Shown in pieces: positions 38,595-50,066 of a DNA stretch of 64,000 bases. Positions within the stretch are counted from its first letter, which is position 1, and each line of letters starts with the position of its first letter. Below the pieces are notes generated by a model, which worked only from the letters and a program-made list of their open reading frames with translations, did no database searches and was not told the origin of the DNA. This DNA comes from Octopus vulgaris (taxonomy: Eukaryota), in contig OX597818.1 of NCBI GenBank assembly GCA_951406725.2, positions 122,636,001 to 122,700,000 on the forward strand, read 5' to 3'. A program made the translations under genes and the position numbers.

Positions 38595-40300
38595 CGAGAA
38601 AGAAGCAACAAGAATGGATAGGTTTTTAGTACAATCGTTTCATACAAGGACAGGCTTTATTAAAAGTTGCAAAAATTGCAGCATATAAACGTGTCCCGTA
38701 CTCATCAGCTAAAATACATGTGAGTTCTCTAGACATCCTAGTGGTTGAGGCTATACTCATGAAGTAATGTAGATAATTAAGTAACATAAACAGATTTCCA
38801 AAGTTCATTAAGTTTTTTTGAGAACAGGGAAATGAATAGTACTGATACGCTGCTTAATTGAGGCTTTATTTAATTTCAAACTCATAATTTTAAATTTTTA
38901 AATCTTAATTTTAAATCGTAATTTTAATTTTTAATTTTAATTCTTAACTTAATCTAATTTAAGTAGCATAACTTTAATAAAATAAAATGAGTTACTAAAG
39001 CCCCATAATTCTATTTCAAAATTAAATAAATAAGGCTACTCCCTCGTTGATAATATGATTAGCTTCATTATGATAGACAATTCCCTAACACCTTGTAAAT
39101 GATCTTCTAAGATTTGACATGTAGTCCGTCAATGTATGAATAATAACGGCAACTCCTTAAGACAGTATAATGAATAAATTAAATAAATAAATTTTAATGA
39201 CTTTTTGATTAGATTATACTTAGATTTTCCTAATGTATTTTCTTTTGATTTTAGCCTTTGACCCCTAAACCCCTAAACCCCTGACCGTGTTATCTCTTTA
39301 GATTCTCTTTAAATTCATAGCTGCTTTCGACAGCAATAAATTAGCTGTTTTACTGGTCAAAGAATAATATTCTCCTCTAGTTCCTAGATGCCTGTAAATT
39401 AAGACCAGACTTGCCGTCTACTAATTCTTCTGTATAACTAGAACCCTCTTTTTTTCTTTTTCTTTTTTTCCCTTCTTTCCTTATTTCTTTCTCTTTTCTC
39501 TTCTTTCTTTTTCTTCTTCTTCTTCTCTTTTTCTTTTTTTCTTTTTCCTTTTCTCTTCTCTTCTAGCCCCCCTCCTTTTGCTCCCTCCCCCTTTATTTTC
39601 TCTCTTTCCTTCTCTTTCCTTCCCTTTTCTGTTCTTGGCCTCTCTAGAAAGCCCTTCAGCCTTTAAAAGTTAAATAGCTACAGTCTCTTGAAAATAGCAG
39701 TAATGTGATTAATGTGGCAAATACTTAATCATATAGCAAGAATTGATACCCACCTCATTGTGTTCAACCATTGATAAATTTATCGCCTGTGAATATGAAA
39801 TTCCTCTTCATTTCTCTGGAAATTTACATCTACACCATTGGAAATTGTGCATCTATACAAAGGATTAATTCACCCTCTCTGTAATGCTAATAAGCAGGAA
39901 TTGAAACCCACCTCGTTGTGATTAGCAATGGATAAATTTGTCGTCTGTGAGTATGTAATCCCTCCTCATATCTCTGGAAATTCATATGTACACTATGGAT
40001 TAAGTCACCTTCTCTGTGATGCTATTAAAACTTTTTTTAAATTCTGTGATAAGACTGTAAATCATCTTTAAAGAACTTTAATGAACTTTGGAAATCTGTT
40101 TATGTTACTTAATTATCTACATTACTTCATGAGTATAGCCTCAACCACTAGGATGTCTAGAGAACTCACATGTATTTTAGCTGATGAGTACGGGACACGT
40201 TTATATGCTACAATTTTTGCAACTTTTAATAAAGCCTGTCCTTGTATGAAACGATTGTACTAAAAACCTATCCATTCTTGTTGCTTCTTTCTCGCTTATA
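38589..40300. mobile_element. fold-back element with ~225-bp inverted arms, each containing a hammerhead
   Basis: 38589-38812 is the reverse complement of about 40076-40300 (near-identical); HHR at 38624-38714 (-) and 40175-40265 (+). Confidence 0.85.
40175..40265 (+). ncRNA. minimal type-I hammerhead ribozyme
   Basis: ttttag-CTGATGA-gtacgggaca...tgtccttgtat-GAAA-cgattg-TA-ctaaaa; 6-bp stem I; AATAAA inside loop II. Confidence 0.8.
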
Positions 40301-40411
40301 ATCACCCCACATTACTGTATTGTTAAAACCGTATAGTTTGTTTTGGTGCATCTAAGTTAGGTACCATATTCAAGTAAATTCATTTAAATTAACTTGAATC
40401 TTTATTGCTTT

Positions 40412-40468
<57 letters not shown>

Positions 40469-41814
40469 TACAGGACACCACAAATAAACGTAGAACACAA
40501 CAAGAAACGAAAACATAAAATCAAACAAAGAAATGGACTTTTTTAACAACGAAAAAACAAGGAAACGGACTTTGTTAAAACAACGAATAAGCAGAGTACA
40601 GGACAAACAATACACGGAAAATTCCCCTTCATCAGCTGTCCCTGGTTCGACTCAATGCGTGTTTCGAAGGTAAATTAGTTAGAACGCATGTGAAAAATCG
40701 GCTTGCGAAGGACAGGGAAGTCGATCCATTCTTGTTGAAGCACGAATCTGAAAGAAAGTTTTAATAGCCCTCTGGTCAGGAGGAGGAGGATATATATATA
40801 TATATATATAATTAGATACATACATGCAAACATACATACATATATACATTCATACATAAATACATACATACATACATACATACATTCATACAAATATACA
40901 TACATACATACATACATACATACATACATACATACATACATACATACATACATACATACATGCGTGCATACAAGATTACTTTCCTTCTAAGCTAGGAACA
41001 GCAACATTCTCCTTTAGTGAAGAAGTCAGAAAATGAAAACAAAAAAGAAACAAAAAGCCAATACGAGGACACAAGCATGTTCATACACACACACACACTC
41101 ACACTCACACACACATATATATATTTAAATAAACGCCTACAACCACATATATATATATATATATGCAAACAGTCACACCAATATATAACCAGAGTAATAA
41201 AATGAAATGAAGTCCAATTCTCACCAAAAGAAATATTTTATACGTAGTATAATCAATCAACGTTTAGTTATCAACATAGGATATCAACATGTCTGCCAAC
41301 AATAGACATACATAACCAAAAGAAACGTCTGACTCATTACACTTAACTGTCTGATAGAATTTATAACCTCTCTCTCTCTCTCTCTTTCCTTCATCCCCTC
41401 CAGTGCGCTCTCTTTCACGTTCTCTCTTGATAGTGCGGCTTTCTAAAGTTTGTGTTCTAATTTACTTCACTGAATTGATGAGGGATTTGCCAAAGTACGA
41501 TTCACTTAGACACAAAAAAAAATCTGTATTTTTACTTTTCTTTCATTTTGTTTTTAATTTTTTAATGCCAGTTTTTTTATTTTTTTTTATCAAATGCCAT
41601 CCGATATCGAAATTAATCTCAGAATAGTAAATATATATTGTGCAAGCACGTGCGCGTGTGTGCATGTGTGCGTGTATGCACTTTATGTATGTATGGTATG
41701 TATGTATGCATGTATGTGCGTGTATATATAACTACATACGCTCACATATATAAATGTATATGTACACACACAGGCATACATACAGACATACATGCAAATA
41801 CATTCCTAAATATG

Positions 41815-41985
41815 AGCGCAGTATCGGGTTTACAATCATGAGGTAGTAAGTTCGATTCCCAATGTGTGTGTTGGGTTCTTGAGCAAGACACCTTAGTTCA
41901 CATTGCTCCAGTTCACTTAGCTGTTGACATGAGTTGCGACGTCACTGTTACCAAACTATATCGGTGCCAACCTTTCCCTTGAATT
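41815..41985 (+). mobile_element. degenerate tRNA-SINE
   Basis: gttcgattccc B-box, cttgagcaagacacc..cacattgctccagttcacttagctg. Confidence 0.55.
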
Positions 41986-41989
41986 CTAG

Positions 41990-42905
41990 GTATTACTCTA
42001 TTATCAATTCACATACGGTTAGGATTGGTTTTTCTAACAAAAATCTCTTACAAATTATCTCTTCACATAATAACAACCTGATAAATATTAATACATTTAC
42101 TAAAACTAACATTAATTTAGTTAATACCATCCATCCCTCTAGAAATATTGATAACAAGGTTATTGTATCTTAAGTCAATTCCAACAGAATTAAGTTAAGG
42201 TCAAGTAACTCTAAAATTAAAAATTCTATATACCAGTGTAAAATCAGTACTCAGAATAAAGTACGATTCTACATTGGAAGCACGTCGATACAGTTAACAT
42301 GACGAATTTCTATCCATTACTCAACATTTAGGGATAGGAATAAACGTAACAGTACAGGGCTCAAAAAATTAATTTGGGATCTATGAACAATTTGATTTAG
42401 AATGGTTGATTCTCTCAATCTCGATACCTTATGACAAAGGCAATGAATTCTGTCTTCTCTGTAATGCTGAACTATTTTCCATTATTTTTTCTAAAAAAAA
42501 TCCCCTAGTAAACACAGTTATAGAGCATGCATACCGATGTAAACATTGGCAAAAACACACCTTTAGTTCATATAAGTAATCTCTATCATCATACATAATT
42601 TAAACATTAATTTTCTTTTTATATTTAACATTCACTAAAAAATATTCCTCCTCTTTCTATAGGCTACTTCTGACGTTACATCATATAACGTTTTTTCAGA
42701 CAATATTAATAGCGTTCAGCAAATCACTATACATATCCATCATTTTCTGTTAGAATGTCTTATTGACGAGTTCCATTTCTGCACTTCCCTGAAGAGAAGA
42801 TTACGTTGTTTTACACCATTTATTCCTTTGGAATAATATCAGTGAAATCTTCGAAACATGTGTCGGAAGTAAAAGTTTTTGAATCATACTTGCGTTAAAC
42901 TCCAT
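41990..42905 (+). mobile_element. 3' remnant of a Penelope-like element: GIY-YIG endonuclease (to 42579) plus pLTR
   Basis: RFYIGST...HYSTFRD..NSTGLKKLIWDL..EWLILS..PYDKGNEFCLLCNAE..CKHWQK; hammerhead about 200 nt after the stop. Confidence 0.85.
42783..42870 (+). ncRNA. minimal type-I hammerhead ribozyme (canonical core)
   Basis: acttcc-CTGAAGA-gaagatt...aatcttc-GAAA-catgtg-TC-ggaagt; perfect 6-bp stem I, 7-bp stem II, GUC site. Confidence 0.88.
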
Positions 42906-43109
42906 TTATATACATATATATATAAATGAATGCATGTATGTATATATAATAAGATGAGAAAACAGAGAGGTAATTAATAAATTATTATTTATTGATTAAA
43001 ACGTTGACAAACATCCCTTAGGAACTGAAAACCTATTTTGTAATTCTTTAACTACCTCTGAAGAGATTCAACTTTCAAATAAATATTTGAACATCATAGC
43101 CTAGAATAT

Positions 43110-43897
43110 TACTAGGCTTACGAAAAATTAGTACTGGGGTCGATTTGTTAGACTAAAAACGGTGCTCCAGCATAGCCGCAGTCAAATGTCTGAAACAAAT
43201 AAAAGGATAAAAGAATAAAATAATATATATATGGTATACGTATGTATGTATACATATATGTTTGTGTGTCTTTGTGTCTGTGTTTTTCACCCTCATCCCT
43301 GTTTTAGACAACCGGCTTAAGAATATTAGGCTTAAGAAGTCCTCGTGTCGATTTCTTTGACTAAAACTCTCTAAAGGTCGTACTCCAGCATGGCCAAAGT
43401 CAAATGACTGAAACAAGTAAAAATATGTGTGTGTGTATGTGTGCGTTTGTGTGTGTATGTACCTATGTATACATATATGGGCGCTGGCGTGGTAAGTAGC
43501 TTGCTAACCAACCACATGGTTCCGGGTTCAGTCCCACTGCGTGGCATCTTGGGCAAGTGTCTTCTGCTATAGCCTCGGGCCGACCAAAGCCTTGTGAGTG
43601 GATTTGGTAGACGGAAACTGAAAGAAGCCTGTCGTATATATGTATATAAATATATATATATATACATACATATATATATATATATGTATGTATGTGTGAG
43701 TATATGTTTGTGGGTGTGTGTTTGTCCCTCTAGCATTGCTTGACAACCGATGCTGGTGTGTTTACGTCCCCGTCACTTAGCGGTTCGGCAAAAGAGACCA
43801 ATAGAATAAGTACTGGGCTTATCGATTTGCTCGACTATAGGCGGTGCTCCAGCATGGCCGCAGTCAAATGACTGAAACAAGTAAAAGAGTAAAGAGT
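43110..43897 (+). mobile_element. cluster of SINE family B copies and tails
   Basis: Three ggtgctccagcatggccgcagtcaaatgactgaaacaag tails (about 43160, 43380, 43845) and one complete copy at 43478-43897. Confidence 0.8.
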
Positions 43898-43909
43898 ATA
43901 TGTATGTTA

Positions 43910-45180
43910 CGAGGGGCGTTCAATAAGTAATGCCTCTGACCCACTTGCCGTTGATTGATCTAGGTGAGATTTTGCATGTGTAATTATTTATATCTCTATA
44001 GATTAAGTGGCAAATTACAGCTCCGAACTAATAGTGGTTTCTGATTTACATGTATTTGAAATGAGTCAAGTGGGAAATGGAGCCTGTTGAGTGTCGAGAA
44101 GTGATCCGGTTTTGTATTTGAAATGACGCACACCACAGGAGACTTTTGATGAAATGAAAATAACTTATGGTGATGATGCCCCATCATATGACCTTGTAAA
44201 ACGCTGGCATCGTGAATTCAAACATGGTCGGAACTCTGTGGAAATAGCTCCCAGATCTGGTCGCACCCCTTCTACCATTGATGAGGCCATTTTGGAAGAT
44301 GGACGCATAACTATTCGCCAAATAGCCCATGAGGTCAAGATTAGTACCGGGTCTGTGGAAACTATCATTCATGACCATTTGCATATGCAAAGGGTGTCTG
44401 CCAGAGGGATTCCCAGGTTGCTCATACTTTTCCTGAAGCAAGAACGCGTCGAGTGCTCGAGGATGAATTTAGGGATGTGCCAAGAAGATGAGTCAAAATT
44501 TTTCAAAAGACAAAATGATTACACAGGATGAGACCTGGGTCCTTCACCATGATCCAGAGACCAAAGCCCAGTCAATGCAGTGGAAGCACCATGACTTACC
44601 TCCTCCAAAGAAGGCAAGGGTGCAGCCCTCCGCTGGCAAGGTCATGCTCACAGTCTTCTGGGACCAGGACGGAGTAGTGATGACAGATTTCCTGGTAAAG
44701 GGTACCACAATTACAGGAGCCTATCATGCTTCACATTTGAGGAAATTAAGAGAAGCTATCAAAACCAAGAGGCGGGGCAAGATCAGCAAAGGCATCCTCC
44801 TCCTACAGGACAACGCTCCGGTCCACAACTCGCGTGTCGCCAGATCAGAAGCACAGGCGTGCGGCTATGAACACTTCCCCCATCCCCCTACTCTCCTGAC
44901 CTTGCACACTCTGATTTTCACCTCTTCCCAGCCATGAAGTTGTTTTTGAAAGGAAAGCGTTTCCCAGACGATGCAGCCTTGATTTCTGAAGTAACGTCGT
45001 GGTTGGAGGACCAAGCTGGGGTCTTCTATGAAAACGGTCTCCAGAGCTGTATCAAACGATGGGAGAAATGCGTAACTCTGGGTTGTTCCTATGCTGAAAA
45101 AGACTAATACCTGTGCCAAGTTTCGTTGCTCTACTGCTATGGGAAGTGGGTCAGGGGCATTACTTATTTAACGCCCCTCG
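43910..45180 (+). mobile_element. mariner (DD34D) transposon, near full length, defective
   Basis: Same TIRs as 37006-38093; ITQDETWV, LLQDNAPVH, frameshifted HPPYSPDL; premature TGA near the N-terminus. Confidence 0.95.
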
Positions 45181-45514
45181 TTCATCAGATCTCTCTTAGT
45201 GCTACTTGCGTCATGTAACCCGTTACAATTGGTCACGTAGTTTTTCCACAACCACTGGAATTTCAGTCTTCCTCAACACACTAACTTGAGAGTACATGTT
45301 TCTAGGATTTCAGATTGAATTCTGCACAGGAACTTTTTACCTGATCAAGACCTTAATACTACACATACATACATGAACATACACATGGCGTACACGCACA
45401 CACATATGTATGCATTTCTGCATGTGTATAGACCCATGGGTTTAATACTTTTGCTGTGTCTATAGCTTTTGTTGTATAGTAGTGTTAGTAGCAGAAGTAG
45501 CAGCAGCAGCTGCA

Positions 45515-45530
45515 GTAGTAGTAGTAGTTA

Positions 45531-45602
<72 letters not shown>

Positions 45603-45620
45603 AAGTAGTTGTTGTTGTAG
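45515..45620. repeat. (AGT)n microsatellite
   Basis: Direct inspection. Confidence 0.95.
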
Positions 45621-46099
45621 TAAGCACGTACCTTAGTGATTAAGTTGTTCTTATGGAAGTAAGCTCAAGGTCCCAATACGGGACTGGGAGCTGGTGTGCT
45701 ATGTCCTTGTCACACGCAATTTCACGTTATTTACAACTGTAAATAAGCACCACCCGGTTGCTATTGCAATTCTCTCTGTCTGTTTTTCTTACTTTCTTTC
45801 ATTCTTTCTTTCTTTCTTTCTTTCTGTCACTCTCTCTTCTCTCCCTCTCATCTCACTCCTTGCTCATTCCTCTCTCGCACTCGCTTTCTCTTTCCAGTAA
45901 AGAGCATAAGTAGAAATGGAGGAAAATACCGAAATGATGTATATAAAATATATATTGTTTTAAAGTAATAGATTTATGAAAGATGTCCTATTAGCTTCAC
46001 AATACTTACACACATCGTCAGTATCGTATCCTTGGATGATTATAACCGTACATCCTCATCTAAATGACCAGATTTGGTTTGGTCTATTCCTGGATGACC

Positions 46100-46400
46100 G
46101 TCGGTTACGACGAGTGTCCCAGATGATTCGGTCGACGGAACAACCTGCTCGTGTAATTAACGTGCAAGTGGGTAACTACGCCAGAGACATGTGTGCCTTT
46201 AACGTAGTTTCAGAGTCACACAGAATGTGACAACTCTAGCCCCTTTGAATTACTGATACAACTCATATTTTCCAGCTGAATGGATCAGAGTAACGTAAAA
46301 TATATTGGCTTGCTCAAGGACACATTGCACTGCCTAGAATCGCACTCAGGACTTTACAATCGTGAGCTGAATACCTTAGCCACTAAACCACATAACTTCA
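46100..46400 (-). mobile_element. tRNA-derived SINE family D
   Basis: gattcggtcgacggaacaacctgctcgtgtaattaacgtgcaagtgg homologous to 57330-57520. Confidence 0.7.
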
Positions 46401-46928
46401 CTAAACAACATTCCAGTGATCCACCGATTACTCCTTTTATCCAGATCTGGCTGTATGCTTTGACAATAGTCTCTGTGTTTTTCCTGTTGGCTCTACGTCT
46501 GTTCCTTTCTTTAGTGCCTGGGATTCCATCAACCATACCAGGGTACGATTTGTCAATACTTTCCTTGAATAAACTACCACTCCAGTTATGGATTCTATAA
46601 AATCGAGCACATCATCTATCTCTAAATTATATGTTCCTTTGTGTCTATACTAAATATCATTTTGAAAACCTATTGGCTTCATTTTATCTGGCTCTAAGTC
46701 GGTAACCATGTGATGCCTCAAACATTAATCTATTAAAAAGAACGAATTGGTCTCCCAGCTGCTGTTAAAGATGACGATGCAAAGTAGCATAATTAATAAG
46801 AAAGACAGAAACAACACAAACACAAACAATATATATTATACATGCATACACATTCATACACACATATACACATTTACGTATCATAGCGTATGCTCTGTAG
46901 CTGTATACCTAAACTGATATATATAGTG

Positions 46929-46982
<54 letters not shown>

Positions 46983-47023
46983 CATACATACATACATATA
47001 TATATGTATGTATAAATATATAC

Positions 47024-47058
<35 letters not shown>

Positions 47059-47232
47059 TCTTTGTATGTATGTAAGTATTATAAATATGTATAGATATGC
47101 GTGTGTTGATGTATGTTTTTGTATATTTATGCCGAATACTTAATTTGCAGATGCAATATATGCATATACGTGTGTGTGTACGTATATATCTACACACAGA
47201 CACACATAGACACACCTATGTGTATGTGTGTG

Positions 47233-47278
<46 letters not shown>

Positions 47279-47665
47279 AATACATATATATATATATTTA
47301 TATATATATATATATATACAATTATATATATGCATATGCATATATATGTATTTGTGTGTGTGTATATATATAAAGTGAGAGGGAGAGAGAGAGAGGGAAG
47401 GAGAAGAGAAAAGAGAGAGAGAAGAAAAGAAAGAGGAAGAAAGAGGGAAAATATCATTGCAATTCTGTATATATAAACTTCTCTTGATTCATTTTGCTCA
47501 ATCGAGATATTTGCTACGTCAATTATTTCTAGAATTTGTTTACGATTCTATTGTAAATTCTGTTCACATTATTATAGTTCAATAATCGCAATTGTAATTA
47601 AAATTTTAATTTAAATTTTGGCGGCACGTTGTTTGATTTGTTTTGTAATTGGATTTACTCCGAAA

Positions 47666-47705
<40 letters not shown>

Positions 47706-47810
47706 TGTGTGTGTGTATGTGTGTGTGTTTGTGCTTGTAAGTATGTAAGAATTAAATGTACAAACGTATATATATATACATATATATATATATATGTGTG
47801 TATGTATATG

Positions 47811-47882
<72 letters not shown>

Positions 47883-47917
47883 TACATGTATATACATATA
47901 TACATACATATACTTTT

Positions 47918-47967
<50 letters not shown>

Positions 47968-47971
<4 letters not shown>

Positions 47972-49910
47972 AATTGCAGCGTGGGAGGTGTTTATAAGCC
48001 ATTTAAGAAACACACAAAAGCCGTTCGATTCACTCCAACATTTAAGTTTAATTTGTCAAAATATTTTCGTCGCTAAAATCCGCGACCTGTTCACTGACAA
48101 AGTCCGTGCTGCATCTAAGAAAGTAACAGTTAGTTCGTCATATATATGTATGTACGTATGTATGTGTGTATGTATGCATATATGTGTGTATGTATGTACG
48201 TATTCATGTCCGCACATACGCCTGTGTATGCATGTATGTATGTATGTATGTATATATGTATGTGTGTGTATAAGCACGCACATACACTCTATAAAACATA
48301 AAGTTATAAACCTGTAGCGATGGATGGATGTAGAGTGACCACTCATCACAACGCTATCAAATTTCAACTCCCTACGGCCGAGGCTAGAAAGTGAATTTAT
48401 GACGCTTGCTCACAAGAACTATACCCTAAAATCTATTATCAGATTTTTATCTCTATATCACAGAACTAATGTTTTACTATTGTTCGTATGTATGTATGTG
48501 CGTATGTATGTATGTATGTATGTATGTATGTATGTATGTATGTATGTATGTATGTATGTATGTACATACGTACGCATGTGCGTATGTATGTATACGCGCC
48601 CGTATGCATGTGCCCATGTATGTGTGTGTGTACATGTACGTGCGTATGTACGTGTGTATGCCCATACGTAGGTATGTATGTATGTTTGTATTCATGTGCT
48701 ACGTATGTATGTGAGTGTCTAGGAGAATGGGCAGATGTGTCCGTGAGAGTGTGTACATGTGTATGTGTATGTGAACGTATGTCCGTGTACTGGCATGTGT
48801 CCGTCCAAGTTGTGTACATGACTGTTACTTAGCTGAAGGTTGTATACATATTTACATATATGTTTGTATAGACGCACACACATATATATATATGTGTGTG
48901 GGTGTGTGTTTGTTCCTCTCATCGTCGTCTAACCGTGAGACGACGGTTAGACGACGATGAGAGGAACAAACACACACCCACACACATATATATATATGTG
49001 TGTGCGTCTATACAAACATATATGTAAATATGTATACAACCTTCAGCTAAGTAACAGTCATGTACACAACTTGGACGGACACATGCCAGTACACGGACAT
49101 ACGTTCACATACACATACACATGTACACACTCTCACGGACACATCTGCCCATTCTCCTAGACACTCACATACATACATGTAGCACATGAATACAAACATA
49201 CATACATACCTACGTATGGGCATACACACGTACATACACACGTACATGTACACACACACATACATGGGCACATGCATACGGGCGCGTATACATACATACG
49301 CACATGCGTACGTATGTACATACATACATACATACATACATACATACATACATACATACATACATACATACACATACGCACATACATACATACGAACAAT
49401 AGTAAAACATTAGTTCTGTGATATAGAGATAAAAATCTGATAATAGATTTTAGGGTATAATTCTTGTGAGCAAGCGTCATAAATTCACTTTCTAGCCTCG
49501 GCCGTAGGGAGTTGAAATTTGATAACGTTGTGATGAGTGGTCACTCTACATCCATCCATCGCTACAGGTTTATAACTTTATGTTTTATAGAGTGTATGTG
49601 CGTGCTTATACACACACATACATATATACATACATACATACATACATGCATACACAGGCGTATGTGCGGACATGAATACGTACATACATACACACATATA
49701 TGCATACATACACACATACATACGTACATACATATATATGACGAACTAACTGTTACTTTCTTAGATGCAGCACGGACTTTGTCAGTGAACAGGTCGCAGA
49801 TTTTAGCGACGAAAATATTTTGACAAATTAAACTTAAATGTTGGGTGAATCGAACGGCTTTTGTGTGTTTCTTAAATGGCTTATAAACACCTCCCACGCT
49901 GCAATTGTTT
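47968..49910. repeat. 1.94-kb near-perfect palindrome (arms about 970 bp, 6-nt centre 48937-48942) with hammerhead variants near both ends
   Basis: Symmetry about 48939.5 (atcgtcgtctaaccgt-gagacg-acggttagacgacgat); mirrored ORFs in the track; HHR-like motifs at 48052-48101 (-) and 49778-49827 (+). Confidence 0.92.
49778..49827 (+). ncRNA. minimal hammerhead ribozyme variant with G3-C8 core swap
   Basis: tttgtca-GTGAACA-g-gtcgc..gcgac-GAAA-atat-TT-tgacaaa; 7-bp stem I, 5-bp stem II, palindrome AAAATATTTT. Confidence 0.7.
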
Positions 49911-50031
49911 TCGTTTCAGCACACGATCTCAGATCAAATTACTTGCTATGCGAGTACATCTCCGTAATATATATATATATATATATATATATCAATATAT
50001 ATGTTTATGTGAAATAGAGTCGGTGAGAAAG

Positions 50032-50066
<35 letters not shown>

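Noticed and set aside
38626-38808. Duplicated 60-aa ORF (also 40081-40263) as a small gene pair
   Set aside because: Arises from the inverted arms; the sequence is better explained as a hammerhead-bearing pLTR
39262-39283. Telomeric repeat
   Set aside because: CCCTAAAC x2-3 is not (CCCTAA)n and is too short
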